Assembly (NCBI GenBank): GCA_965153455.1
Contig: OZ234493.1
Coordinates: 34,152,213-34,216,212, forward strand
Direction of reading: 5' to 3'
DNA length: 64,000 nucleotides
From: Sphagnum compactum
Lineage: Eukaryota
Below the pieces are notes generated by a model, which was not told the origin of the DNA, made no database searches, and saw only the letters and a list, made by a program, of their open reading frames with translations. Shown here piece after piece: positions 37,441 through 51,014 of this stretch. The position numbers were made by a program, and so were the translations under genes. The first letter of the stretch is position 1. Each line of letters opens with the position of its first letter.

Positions 37441-39842
37441 TTATATTTTCTTGAATTAACCTAAAGTCCACTTTTTTGACAAATTTTTTTAACAAAACCT
37501 TTTGGCTACTTTATTGACCTAACTATTTTATTGACCTAGTTACATTATTGACGTAACTTGTCTTTTATTTGTGTACATACCTACTTGTTTAACCACCAAC
37601 CTCCTTACATACCTATTTACTTACCCACCTACCTATACTCCTATTTATTTATTTACCTACCTACCCACCCACCTACTCACCTACCTACCTACCATTTTTA
37701 TGTTTACCAATGTATGATATACAAAATATTATGAAGGTATTGCATTAAATGATCTAACAACCATTTTAATCATATTTGACCCTTTGATGTCAATAAACGG
37801 TAACCTTGAATGTGGGTATTGCACATTTGATCAACTTTTATAACCCATACATAGGTATTGCATATTTTGGTAGTTATTGCTAGAAGCTAAAATAGTTGAA
37901 GATCTAATCGCAAAATACAATGCTCACATATAAAAACAATATCATTTCAAATACAATACATTTCAATAATTATGCATGATAAGTTCTTGTTGTTGTAACC
38001 ACCTTAGTAGCATGTTGATGAGTGTAAAGTTGATAGTGATACAATTGGAGTTGAATGGGATGGGTTCCAAATTGGTGTTTCTTAGTTACTCAAAGTTTGC
38101 ATCAAACACATGATACACATTAATATGCAAGTTTGAAAAATGTAAACCAAACCCAAAAAAAATTTATTTGGTGTGAACATCACATCATCTATTGGATTTT
38201 AAAAAAAAGAAAAATTGGAAGAAATAAATTGAAATAAGAAACAAAGGAAATAGAAAAACAAACTTCATCTTATGGAATTTTAAAGACCAAAAAAATGGAA
38301 AAATAGGGCAAAAGAACACATAAAATCTTCTTATTATTAAAAAAACAGAAAAAGGAAAACAAAAAATTAAAAGGAAAAAAATAGAATTCTTTGTCTTAAT
38401 TAAAAAAAACATCTTTTAAAAAAACTAAAAAAAGGAAAAGAAAACAAACTTCTTCTTCTAGAATTTAAAAAAAAAGGAAAAGAAAAAGAAAAAAAATAGT
38501 CTTTGTCTTTTTTTCTTTTCATCTTCTTTCTTTTTAAATTTCATTTACTTCTCCTTTATTCTTTTGTCTTCTTCTCTTTCTTTTTCTTACTTTCCTTTTT
38601 GCATTTGCTCTTGTTTCACAAACCAAAACAAACAAAAAGACAAGGAAAATGATAAAGGCATACCTAGTGTGTTGTGCATTGCTAAGTGATGATGCAACAA
38701 GCAATGACAGTAGGCGCAACAATGTGATTTTAAAAAAAAAGCTTGAAAAATGAGAAGGAAATGATGAAAAAGTTCTAACAATAGAAAAAAAGAAACAAAC
38801 AAAAGATGAAAAATAAGATAAAGTAGTTACAAAAATGAAAGAAAAAAATGATAAAAAGAAGAATCTATAGCACCAACAAAAGGGAAGAAGAAAAAATAAT
38901 AACCAAAATAAAAGAAGAAAAAAAATGATGAAAAAAAAACTCCAGGAACAATGGAAGAGAAGAAGATGATGGTGGAAAAAAAACAAAAAACAAAGAAAGA
39001 ACAAAAGAGAAAAGAAGGAACAGGAGGAAGAAAAGGGGGGGGATTTTTTTGAAATCTAAGGGAAAGGTAGGTTAGTGAAAAGAAAAGAAAACCCACTTCC
39101 ATGTTTGGTTTGGTTTGGTTCAGGTTAAATGGTTTGGGTTCATCTCAAAACAGCCAAACCAGCTTCATCCACAACTGGTGCATTGGTGGGTGCTGGGTCA
39201 CAGTAGCCTGGAACTGGAGTCCAAAAACTGTTTCCTGTCCACCCCTTGTTGTCTGCTCATAGTTCACTCAGACAGCACATCAGAGATTCTCTGGTGAGAA
39301 AGGAAGACTGTTGAAGAAAAGTGCGAAAGCTTTCATCATAGGAACCAAACCAGTTGAAATGTAAGGCTGTATGTAACAAGCCGCCCATCACATAATGACT
39401 CTGCCCTTTAAATGATTTCCATAGCGATGATGAATAATCAATATACAAAAAATTGGAAACGCATGGGTAGCATGGTGAATCCCAAGTGGATCCTTCAGTC
39501 ATCTGGAAATATTTCTATAGTGGACGGACTCCACACAACCCTAGAATGTAGAGACACCCAACTTTGGCCCACTTCTGGGTGCATCCCAATGTTTCTAGTC
39601 TTTACCCTCAAAGGGGTAGAGCCAATAAACAATACTAGTCAAAAGTCATGGAACTGGAGAAATGAAATAAAAGCCTCTATTGCAAAAAAGAAAGAGTCAC
39701 AAAGCTAAGTGCAAGAGTATGAGGAAGAAGAAACCTAAACTTAGCGAATGGAGGGGAAAAAAAAAGCATGAAGCGGATATATAAGGTGTAAAGAGCCTCC
39801 AATTTGTAAACTGTGGAGTTTTGAACTTAAAAAAACAAAGAA

Positions 39843-39985
39843 TTGGTAACTCTGGCAACGAGGTTTACCCCTGACCACCAGGGTACCTCACTATCCTCAC
39901 GAGCATAAGGAGAAGGGGTCCAGTTGGGAATTGAACTCCACCAGCTTCACAGCCAAACCCTCAGCCACTGGGGTAGCTCACTGGT
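39843..39985 (-). mobile_element. Probable tRNA-derived SINE
   Basis: The minus strand reads CCAGTGAGCTACCCCAGTGG (A-box-like) then GGAGTTCAATTCCC (B-box-like) about 25 nt later, followed by a ~90-nt unique body ending TTACCAA. No full tRNA cloverleaf. Confidence 0.5.
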
Positions 39986-40440
39986 CCTGGAGATTTGAAC
40001 TTCCACTTTAGGACAGAGAATCTATGAAATCTTCATATTGAACAACCCTAAATCTACATTAAAATTATGTTGGACCTGCAACAAAGTTATATTGGCCTTT
40101 CAGTGATTTCTACCCATCTTGGTTCAGTTATTGGATTTGTACATATTTGTAACAAGAATCTCATTTGCACTCCATGGTTAGAGGCTTCATGCAAGGATTT
40201 TTTATGCAAACCTGCCAAACTAACTTTTTTAAGTCAAGGCACCAATCCAGAGAGGAAGTGGAAAAACAAGAGAAGAGTACAAGAGTACCTTAGTGCAAGT
40301 TGAATTGCTACAAGTCAGATGTCAAAGTCTGGGGACTGAAAGTTGACACTGGAGATCCTAATTCAACTGCCAAGTCCTTGCCTCATTGAGCCATGCTCTA
40401 CCACTTTTGTCCTGTGTTCAAGCAATTTTCCATCACCAAC

Positions 40441-40805
40441 GTGAACCCACCACCAGTACCCACCAGCATTAGATAGCTGTTATCACTCAGTTGTGGATGA
40501 ACTTCATCTGAATCAATACCTGGTTTCAACTTGGTAACCCATTCTGTAAGAAGTAGGTCCTATATATAAGTAGATGTGGAAAATAAGTGACTACTAGGGA
40601 CTCGTAGATGTTTATTATACATTTGTAAGGGCCGTTTTTACTGTACCTACATACTAACAATACCCTTGCAGGGTTGTAAGGAGGTAGGTAGTTTAAAAAC
40701 CAACTGAGCTAATCACCATGGAACTGGAACCCAACAGAAAACTGTTTCATGGCCACTTACCATCCATCCTTCACGGTGCACTGGTGGGTACTGGTTCACT
40801 CTGGT
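40441..40805. mobile_element. Inverted copy of the 7751-8155 MITE family
   Basis: The reverse complement of 40721-40770 matches ~7792-7840 (GGATGGATG...CATGAAA.AGTTTTCT.TTGGGTTCCAGTTC). Termini are GTGAACC / GGTTCAC. Confidence 0.7.
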
Positions 40806-43800
40806 GCCTTTTTTAATTGCTTCTTAGAACTATAGTTGCTCCTTCCCTTTGGTTTGTCCACATTGGTCCATTTGCAAGTACAGGACTGTGAACACCAGTT
40901 TCCGGTTTGGAAGACTTGGTCTGATTTGCACTGTTTTCATTTGTACTCATTTGCACACCTGACTTCTTTTTGGTTGGGAAAACTGGAGGAACCAAGACCT
41001 TAGGCTCCATCTGTCATATGAATCCATCCATATGAGTCCATCATTCATTGCATATTTCATCCTCATAATGTCAGTCCCAACCCCCAACTATACTTTGAAA
41101 ATTGAGGCGTGTCCTATCTTGTTACACCCTTTTTCCATCTGTATATCTTGATGAACCATGACCTTCTACCCACCAGCCCAACATTCTGGATGGATGGTGT
41201 GTGGAAGGGAAACATTTTTTCATTTTATTCCTGCCCCACACTAACAAACCACCGTGATTGGCTATGCACCAAGCATCCATTTGAATAGCCACCAAGCGCC
41301 TTGCAATCCTAAAACCAGGTCTATACCCGTGTTGGGTGGCTATGGAACATGCTTTTAGAACTAGATTGAGTATCAGCAGCTGATTCTTTCTCCAAAAAAT
41401 CAAGTGGTTATCATCCAGGGTGATACCTGGGATGATACTCGACCTCTTAGGAGAATCGATCATTTGAGAACCATCTTGTAAATGCAGAAATATGAGAACC
41501 ACCCAGCGTATTAAAAACCCAAAGGCAGTTCTCCATTTTAAAGGTTGAAGATCAAGGGACTATCTATTAGTATGCAATTCATTTTTATTGGTTGTGGGTG
41601 CATCCCAAAGCTCAGTGTTTTCATTTCAACAAATAGCATTGATCGACACTATTTTCATTGCTCTCCAATATAGATATCTTAAGTGCACATTCCACACCTC
41701 ATTGTTTAAGTAGAATCATTGGTTTGTGAGAACCATTGCAAATAGTCGATTGATTTTACATTTATGAGAACCAGTAACTTGAGAACCGGCTGAAATTTTT
41801 GATACCTTGGGTGGTTTTTCATAAAATTAAAAGAAAATTGAAAGAATTGAGCTAATTCTTACAGCTCTATGAGAACCAAAATCACTAGTTCTCAAAAATA
41901 TGTGAGAACTGTGTAACACTAGTTTGTACTAGTGTTGTGCAAGTATGTTGTTTCTGATATATCCTCAGTTAGAGATATATATGTTTTCAATTTATCTACC
42001 CATCTTGTAAGGGTACATTAGCATTCAAAATTGTCCATCAAGTTAGGGTTCAAATATACAAAAAATTAGTGTTTTTTTATAGATGGGTAAGGTCCAAGCA
42101 CCCCTTAATCATTACCCCTTTTGACGTAAAAAATGAATATGTATATCTTTATTTACTTAAAAGTTTAAAAAATCCACATTTTGAAAATTCTAAAACAATT
42201 TTTAGAGGCCAATCCAATGTCAAAATGTAAGAATCAAAGTGTTTAGTTCATCCTTGACTAGGGTAAATAAACATACAAGTGAACATTTAAAATATCATAA
42301 GACAATGGCATCATGGTTGATGTTCAGCAGGTGATTGAGTGTAAAAATAATTTGTACCTTATCTTTGTCATTCTAGTAAGCTTTTGAATCATCCAATTTA
42401 GTTAAATAACATGAAAATTATGGCACCCCAAAATAAGGTCTTTATCTTTAAATATAATTTTACCACACCTAGCACTACTAACATGTGCATTCTTAGGAGT
42501 GGTAGGTGTGGTAAGTGCACATGTTAGCAATCCTCATATTTATTTCATATGGTTTGCTCAAAGTTCTACCTTTTTTAAGTCTTATATAGTTTGGCCAAAG
42601 GGGAGGTGTTATATTGTTATATATACATTTTCATTTTGGGGAGCTCTCAATTTTTAAAAACTAAAATTTAATTTAAGTTTTTTTTTGTTTGTGATGGGCC
42701 AATCAATCACAAAATCATTTTATATTGCCATTGTAAACTGAAAAGAGTGACATATGCCTCAATAAAATCTCACTACACACCAATAAGAAAAATTGCTTAG
42801 TCAACATCCAAGATTGATCCATCCTAGTTTTCTATATATTTGATCTTAGGCGTGAAATAATTTCACACTTGAATTTAAAGTTCACAAGATTGACTAACCA
42901 TCTTTCTGCCTTTTAACCTAAAACACCTTAGGTGTTGATGCTACACCTACACATGTAATTGTCCTAACACATGAACCATTACATTGGAAGCACATTTTGG
43001 ATTGGACAATCTCTTGAATGTTCCTTTCTTAATTCAATTACATATACCAAAGCTTCTAGATATCCAACATTACAAACAAAATCCTTGATGTGTCTCTTCA
43101 ACACACATGAAACCTTTTGACTCTCACATTACAACATCTAAATTCATTATGAAAAAGGAAGGGGTTTTGCAACCCTACAATTGGATTTTCCAATTGCAAT
43201 GATCAATTGGAATTCTAAGTATTTTTACACCTTAAGTGTTATTGAATGAATTGCATCAATTGCATTAGACATGTCATAACATATATCATTGAGAAATACA
43301 TGCAAATTGGTCACAATAAAAAAAAATTAATTTATAATGTTCATGATGAAAGTTTTGATGTCATGTTGGATTATTTTGAGTCGGTGCTAACATGGTGTTT
43401 GTGTGGATCATGTGCCATGTTGAATTGACAAATAAAAATGAACCCACTCTACTTTAATGTTCATCGACATTATGGATGAAACATTAGAATTGTAAAGCGA
43501 CTAGAGATTTTAACTTCTAAAACACTTTATAACACTAACTTGCAACTTTGTTTTGTTTAAAAACTAGTATGCAATAAACAAAATATTATTTTATGAATAA
43601 AACTCCTAATTTGGAATAGATTCTGAATTTTTTAGCAACTTAGGACTTGGCAATGATACTACCTTGCAACTTACGTAAAACTATAATTATAGTCTTTCAT
43701 AACTTTGCAGTATTATGATGTCATGACATCTAAAACATCTAGATTATATTTTCATTTTTTAAAATGCCTTTTTATATTTCAATGTTGAACTAGAACAAGC

Positions 43801-45820
43801 CATAATTTCTTCATTCCATCATATTTACTTTTGAAATATTTCATATTCTAATACTCAACATCAAATGAAAATCAATATCGTATAGATAACTTTTTAATCG
43901 AAAAGATATCTAGATGTCCAAACTTTCAACCTAAATAAAATTCAATGGGGCACATTTAGTGTTACAATTCTACATTACCTATGTCACGCAAGGTATTGTT
44001 TATGGGCCATTAGGTGAGGGGACCTTTCTTTCCCACCTTATTATTACTTTTTAAAAAATATGCACATACTTAAAGCCACTTTTTGTTTGCATTAAGTTTT
44101 GATACCCTAGTATATTTATTTAAAATTTTACTTGTAATACTTGATCAAGAAGAATGAACAAATAACAACTCTCATTTTTTGAAGGTTTCAAAGATGTAAT
44201 GAAAGGAATATAGCCATTGAAACATTATTACATGACATAGCTTTTATGATTGAAATTTTAATCACAATGGACAATGGAAAAAATATCCTTAACCAAAACT
44301 AATCATTTGTAACACAAATCTAATTAATTTTTTTTAGATTTAGAGGACTAAAAATACAACTTGATACATGTGGCAATATTAATTTAGTTATTTTATAAAA
44401 ACTAAGGGTATCAATATTAATATTCAAAATTTTGATATTTTTGGATTAAACTGAAGACAAGTCCAAATCATAATTGCATTAAACTTGTGATTCTAACATC
44501 AAGAAATTATATTAAAACATTTTGGTTTGATTACAAATAGTTTGACAAACCCTATGGCATGGCATGTTGTCATGAATGATATCATGATCACAATATGTTC
44601 AGAGTGTGGTTTGAACCTTCATATCTTTGACCACAACCTGAAACCTTCACCATCCAACCACCACTTCACATGGTAATATAAAATTTTGCTAACAAAAAAA
44701 AAAAAAAACACCTTTTTGAATATTGCACATTACAATGTTATTATATAATCAATTAATTTCATTATGAAATTGATTACATTATGCACAATGTATCATTATT
44801 CAATTTAATTCACTTTTTAGTTTCATAATTACATTGAAATTTATAATGCCTTTTAATTTCAATTTAAAAATATATTATCCGATTTTCAAATATCTTTAAT
44901 TAAATTTTATTTTTTAAAATCTCATAATGAAATGAATTTCAGTTCTATAATTATGTAACTAAAATTCACATGTCTTAAATTTTAGAAATTTATTCATTTT
45001 TTGTTTGAATGTCAAACTCAAAGACATTAAATTAGTGCAAAGTTGTCAACTTGTACATTAATTAATATGTTCTAGTTTTGTAATAAATTATGATTTTTAA
45101 AAATAATTTAATCTTCCATTTTTCACATGTCATTTTATTATATTTTAATTGAATTATCCTTTTTTTATGTGAATAATTACAAACAATAAATGAGAAACAT
45201 GACACCATTAATTTATTTTCATTTTTCAATAGTTTTTTAATTAATATTTAATATTTTCACATCATCAAATTAACATTATAATCATAATCAGTCATATCTA
45301 GAAGATTGATTTTAATCACATTAGTCAAGTTAGACAATTCCACATGGGTGCCATATATGCCATGTATCCATTTTGATTAAATAACTAGTTTTTTAAGTCA
45401 AAATGAGCATACTTAATTTTGACTTTAATTAAATGAAACATAGTTAATCAATTTAATCAAATGAATTTGACTATACAATCATCTTAGTTGCAATGCTACT
45501 TAGACTTTTAAAATCATGTTTTTGTAACAATGAAAGGATTACATCCATTTCATCCTTTGGATGACTAAATATTATTCTTGCAAAAAAAGTAGCATACAAA
45601 GTGATGTTGTAAGCCATCAACCATTCCATTTCATTCAAAACAAAGGTCGAAAACAAATATGAACATATGATTTTCTTTAAAAAATAAAATTATGCTTGCA
45701 AGTTTTGTTATAATCAAAACTTTTATGTAAATTGGATTAGTTTGTTTATTGATGAATTTAATTCATTTATTAACTTAATAATTGAACCTATTAACAAATA
45801 AGCCCTAAGTTTTAAAATTA

Positions 45821-47467
45821 TATGGGTGAAAATCCTTTTAGGTGTACCATACAGGACAAAAAACGCCTAGTCCATATTGCAATCCTGTTTTACTCTATAT
45901 TTTGATCCCCATTAAAAAATAATGAATCAAACATTGTCAAAATTTTCAAAAAGATTATATCTTAGACTATTACAATTCTAGATTCCATCATTCTTATAAA
46001 TGTCATGTAAAGTTGTCATTTATAAAATTGTTTTGGGATTTGTTTTCTTGCACATTTTGGTTTGGATTACTACACAACAAAAAACACATTTCATGAAATA
46101 GTTATTAACAACTTAACAAAATTGTATAACATCATACGCATTTTTTGTAAAATATATTTTTAAAACACAATCACTATTTATTTATTTATAATCTACCAAT
46201 ATCTAAAACCTATTTCTTACATAATTACTAAGGTGAAACCAAATATTACCTCAATTGAGGTTCATCAACAAGTGAGTAATAATAAACATTCAGTGGATGG
46301 TGCATTGGTGGATGTTAGTTCAATGTTGCTGGGTAAAAATACATAAATATTTTCATTTTATTTTGAACTTTCCCTTTGGGTTAAGCCTATTGATTAACTC
46401 ATCCTAAATGCCACATTATTTCAACATGAAATTGCAACAAAACATTTTCTTATATAATGTTCAAGATGAAAATGGAAAACAAAAAACATGGGATAAAATT
46501 TGAGGTTACAAGTAAATATGTAAGTAAATAGGTAAAATAAATAAGCAAGTAAATAAAATAAAGTAAGTAAGTAAGTGATTAACTACCCACCTACTTACTT
46601 ATCACCCTACCTACCACACTATTTTTAATTTTATAATAGAAGCAATAACTATTATTTAATAATTATTATCAACTAATGAGTTAGTCAATTACATATATAA
46701 TTATTGACTATTATTTATTTTATGACCTAACTAATAATTAAAAATAATATTTAACTAATCAAATTATTATTCTAAAGCTATTAGTTAATAGTTCAAAAAA
46801 TAATAAATAAACGAATAGTAAATATTTTAAATTAATAATTATCAATTAACTAATAAGTCTTGAAATATCAATTATTATTTAAAAATTATAATTAAAAAAA
46901 TAATTATTGGTTATTATTATGATTAATTAATAATACATAATTAATTAATCACTACTAATTAATCAATATTATTATTTAATTAATTAAATTGTAATTATTA
47001 ATATCATTACTTATTAATATGATAGGTACCAAAACATGTAACATCATTACAACTTTACATACCTTTAATACCTATACATTTATTGGAACTATAATATCAA
47101 AATCATTTAATCTTAATATTATAAACCTTGGACACATATGTAATATGGACATTATATATTCCGTATATAATATCTGTAATACAAATTTAATATATTCGTA
47201 ATATACATATGGGTCCAAATTATTTTGAAATGTACCAGAATCTTGTCATAGCGTCACCCTTTTTTATCTTTTTTATTTAGTCTATTTTTACCATGTAAAT
47301 ACACATTTATGGATGATTATGATGAAAAGTATAATTGTAATGGTCTAAATATAATCCTTCTGAAACTTTTGACAACTTTTGACAGTGTTAAAAGATAAAA
47401 AAGGACTACAATAAGGACTAAGCCTTTTTCATCTTGTGTGGTACACCTTAAAAGATTTTCACCCATA
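45821..47467. mobile_element. Non-autonomous TIR element (~1.65 kb), TA-flanked, Tc1/mariner-like
   Basis: TATGGGTGAAAATCCTTTTAGGTGTACCA... pairs with ...TGGTACACCTTAAAAGATTTTCACCCATA. The imperfect inverted repeat extends ~150-170 bp with an indel. TA on both flanks; AT-rich non-coding interior. Confidence 0.7.
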
Positions 47468-47973
47468 TATAATTTATGTATGATTAATATAATTTAATAT
47501 GTTGTAATATGAATTACATATGACTTCAATACATCCATAAGACTACAACTAATTTTGGTCACATTTGCGATTAATGGACCATAAAAAACTTTCTAAGAAC
47601 AAAATATTGATAACAATCATCCCATTGAACAGATGAATAAGTCATTTGTCACAACATAGTCGCAAAATTGACCCAAAAAATTGGTAACTTGACTTATAGA
47701 TGCAAGTGACAATTAATCGCACATAGTTGTAAATGAAGGGATAACATTTGAACCTATTTCTATTAGTGGTTGAGGTCTAGATCCTAACCTGTAGTTGGAC
47801 CAAAGGCTCATTGTTTTACTCAAATTAATATTGGAATTGAATCAAGCAAAAGGTCTTTTTAAGAATTAAATTACACCCTGGACCAAGAACATATTGTTGA
47901 CTTGTCTTCTTAATTAACCTTGGCAATATCTCTTGTGAAAATTATCCTTTTCTAAAGAAGTTCAAGTTCTCTA

Positions 47974-48161
47974 ATAGATAAGTACAACTTTTCAAAACAA
48001 GTAAAAACTTTACCTTTTTCAAATATGTTCAAATGGTCCACATAGTTCCAGAAGAGATTATATAACATTAATATTAATCATGTACAACCAATTAAAATTA
48101 ACTGCTTGCATCAAGAATAAGGTTAAGTTTTTACTTGTTTTGAAAAGTTGTACTTATCTAT
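47974..48161. mobile_element. 188-bp fold-back MITE-like element with a perfect 37-bp inverted repeat
   Basis: 47974-48010 (ATAGATAAGTACAACTTTTCAAAACAAGTAAAAACTT) is the exact reverse complement of 48125-48161. Confidence 0.7.
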
Positions 48162-49568
48162 ATATATAATGGAAATGGAACCATTCTTAATCTTAAACCA
48201 AATTGGTCTCCAATTTTGTAAAAAATGACCAAAACCAAAACAATTAGAATTCCAAAGAATAAACCAAAAAGGTTTAAGAACTAGGACTGAATGTTCCAAT
48301 TTAAATCATGAACTTGAAAAAATTGGTCATCACTAGTGTTAGTCATTGAGTTTTGACACCCAAGTAACCAGTTGGTATGAATAACCTACTAGTGAATTAT
48401 TGATTTTTAAAAAAAAAATCAACATGTGACCCACCAATTGATATATATTTTATTTTCAAATTATAATAATAACTTACTTTGAAACCTACGTGGATGATTG
48501 GAATTTCATCTAGGTAGGTTACTAATTCTAAAACCCTAAACATGCTAGGTTACTTATTCTACAACCCTAAACATGTTCATGATAGAAAACTTGAAAACAA
48601 ATCTTTTTTAATAAGAAAAAACTGTACAAACTACCCTAGCTAGGAAAACAAAAAGGAAAAGAAAAAAAAAGATTGCACCCAACACCTATAGTAAAGGGTT
48701 TAGGGTTTGGAGTCCATTGATTCAACACCATTTCTGAAATCCAGGTAGTGTTTTTTTCCCCCAGTCTGCTTGCCGCTGTGAAACATTAACCGTCATCTCT
48801 AAAAGGATTTCGCATTAATTGGCAACCAAGTTAGAATTGTTGGGTTCCGGGTGCAGAACCTCCTAAACTAGAATTGGAATTGCTTTTCTTGAAGAATGGA
48901 ACTCAGAACTGGCTTCCTGATTCCATTATGTGTGGAACTGGACTTGTTCTAATCTACTTTTTAGAACTGCAGGCAACCAGCTTCGATTCTTCTTCGTCAA
49001 AATAGAGAACTCCCAACAACACTGGTACAAAGCTGTCCAAACTGGCCAAAACAAAAGCTGCCCCAAAACAATTTAAAAGAATTTACAACAAACTATTTAT
49101 TCAAATTGTGGAAAAGATATCCAATATTTTAGCAATTTGATTGTTTAAAAAAACACAGATTATTTTGTGATAGAAATTACCATCCCAGGTCACAATTTCG
49201 GGAAATTTCGTCACAATTTTTTTGATGATCCACTGATGTTTTGAAAACAAAAAAAATTGTACATTTGGAAATTTTGGGAAATTGTTTTTGGAGATTTTTT
49301 ATTCAGATCCCTTCCTTGTCACTGTAACTCGATTTGTTTTGGGTACATCGGAACCTCTAGATGAGGAGGCGATCATTCTCTCCCAATCTGCAAACCTAAA
49401 TTCTGAACCAAATTTTTCTCTCATCACTGCTCTTAATTTCAAGCTTCCGCAAAGGCCAAAACTGGTAATTGCCATAAGAATTCTTGGTTTTGTTCTACAC
49501 CTAAGTAGCCAAAATTTTGGATGCCATTCATGCCTAGGCTGAAAATTTGATGATGATGATCATCATCA

Positions 49569-50177
49569 TCATCGTCTGTAGCTCCACAAGGATGGCTCAA
49601 CGAAACTTGAGTCGTTCTCGTCATCAGAATCGTCGAGTTTCGGACTAGGCGGAAAGATGATGTTCTTAACCCATTCGCGCTCGTAAGGGTCGTCGTCGAA
49701 ATCCACCGAATTTTCCCAGCTGTGACCGTTGGAAGAAGCCTGGGACATCGCCAGGCGGTTAATGGATTGCGCCGCCGGTTCATAGGTGATGTCTTCCAGT
49801 TGTTGTTCTTCTTCATCGCTGTCAGACGCACTGGGGGAAAGGAAATCGCTGTAACTGAAGGGGCGACCGACGGAAGCGGCAGCTGAAGCTGCAGCGGCAG
49901 CCTGAACCTGGCGTGTGGTGTAATGACCCGGCGTAATTCCGCTCGGAATGGTGGGGAGGTGGTGAGGGAAATTGAGCTGGGAATCGGGTCCTCGTATACA
50001 CACCAGGGCTGCGTCGTAAGCGTGTGCGGCTTCTTCGGCTGTGCGGAATGAGCCCAGCCAAATGCGAGATCGGGTTGAAGGGTCTCTGATCTCAGACACC
50101 CATTTCCCCCATCGCCGCATTCTTATTCCTCGGTACCGCCGCTGCGAGCCCCCGCTTCTCTGGTACCTCCCGGACAT
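49569..50177 (-). CDS. AP2/ERF transcription factor, DREB subfamily (group II/III-like), intronless, ~202 aa
   Basis: AP2 domain [57 protein letters not shown] with DREB-type V14. It is followed by [10 protein letters not shown], an acidic region and a C-terminal LWSY motif. First in-frame ATG at 50177. Confidence 0.95.
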   Translation of the reverse strand: MSGRYQRSGGSQRRYRGIRMRRWGKWVSEIRDPSTRSRIWLGSFRTAEEAAHAYDAALVCIRGPDSQLNFPHHLPTIPSGITPGHYTTRQVQAAAAASAAASVGRPFSYSDFLSPSASDSDEEEQQLEDITYEPAAQSINRLAMSQASSNGHSWENSVDFDDDPYEREWVKNIIFPPSPKLDDSDDENDSSFVEPSLWSYRR

Positions 50178-50423
50178 GACGATGGTGTCGAATTGAGATA
50201 CTGTACTCAATAACACTGTAGACTTACCTGGAGGCAGAAAGATCTGAAATTCAGGAGGCCCAAAAAAACAAGAAAAACAGGCTTCTAGCTAGAACCCAAA
50301 GCCAATTTGGGATCAATCTACAGCTATCCAAATATCCTCTCCCTCGCAGCTCTTAGGCGTAATTCGGAGCCAATGGCTGAGACGGGAATCCTCTTTAGCA
50401 CTGGAGCGAGGGTTTGATTAATT

Positions 50424-51014
50424 CACGTGTCCAAGCAGTGCGAGGTAGATTAATAAATGGGTGCACGCAGAAGGTCGGATTCCAACACTAGATTGGCATG
50501 CAAGAAGCAAGAGCTATTCAGACTAGCACGGAATGAAAAGCTAAATTTTCAAATGTTCCTTCTCAATGCATATTAAGAAATTGTTCCAAATTTTTGCAAG
50601 TTCAAAATCCTTGTCGAATTTGCTACTCAATTTTGAGCTGCAACCTCCGATGATATAGCCCAGTGATCAATCGAGAGCATTTAATTGGAGAATTCTCCAA
50701 CTCTGCTTGGGCAATTTCGTGTCCAGACTTGCAGCTACCAGGTACCTGGCGCATGCGTGTGGCTTCACCGCCAAACCTCGAAGGAGCAGGCAGGGTCGAA
50801 CCCGGGCCGGACCGGGTCTGCCTAAGCGGGGCTTCCACTCGTCCAAGTAGAGCTATCTGAGTAATCCCGGGTTAACGCCCACGTGGGCCATTTCCAATTG
50901 ACCCATGCGCTGTTTACGAAATTTAATTTAATTTTCTTATTTAGTTTGGGTCCTCCACACGGGTAACATGTGCGCATTGATGTGTCATGTATTATTCCAG
51001 GCATTATTCCGCGT
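50424..51014. promoter_or_regulatory. Upstream region of the ERF gene with G-box/ABRE and CGCG-box motifs
   Basis: CACGTGTC at 50424, perfect palindrome GCCCACGTGGGC at 50877-50888, and CCGCGT at 51009-51014, within CpG-retaining DNA. Confidence 0.4.

Noticed and set aside
38185-39102. Phe-rich ORFs on the minus strand (also 63360-63881)
   Set aside because: Artefacts of A-rich low-complexity sequence.
39240-41510. Short exon-like ORFs (39257-39502, 39412-39708, 40813-41010, 41122-41502)
   Set aside because: No recognisable domain or consistent splice chain, and they are interspersed with SINE and MITE copies.
50178-50230. N-terminal extension of the ERF ORF from TTG 50216 and a nearby GTAAGT donor at 50227
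   Set aside because: Non-ATG start, and no acceptor at a plausible intron distance before the ATG at 50177.
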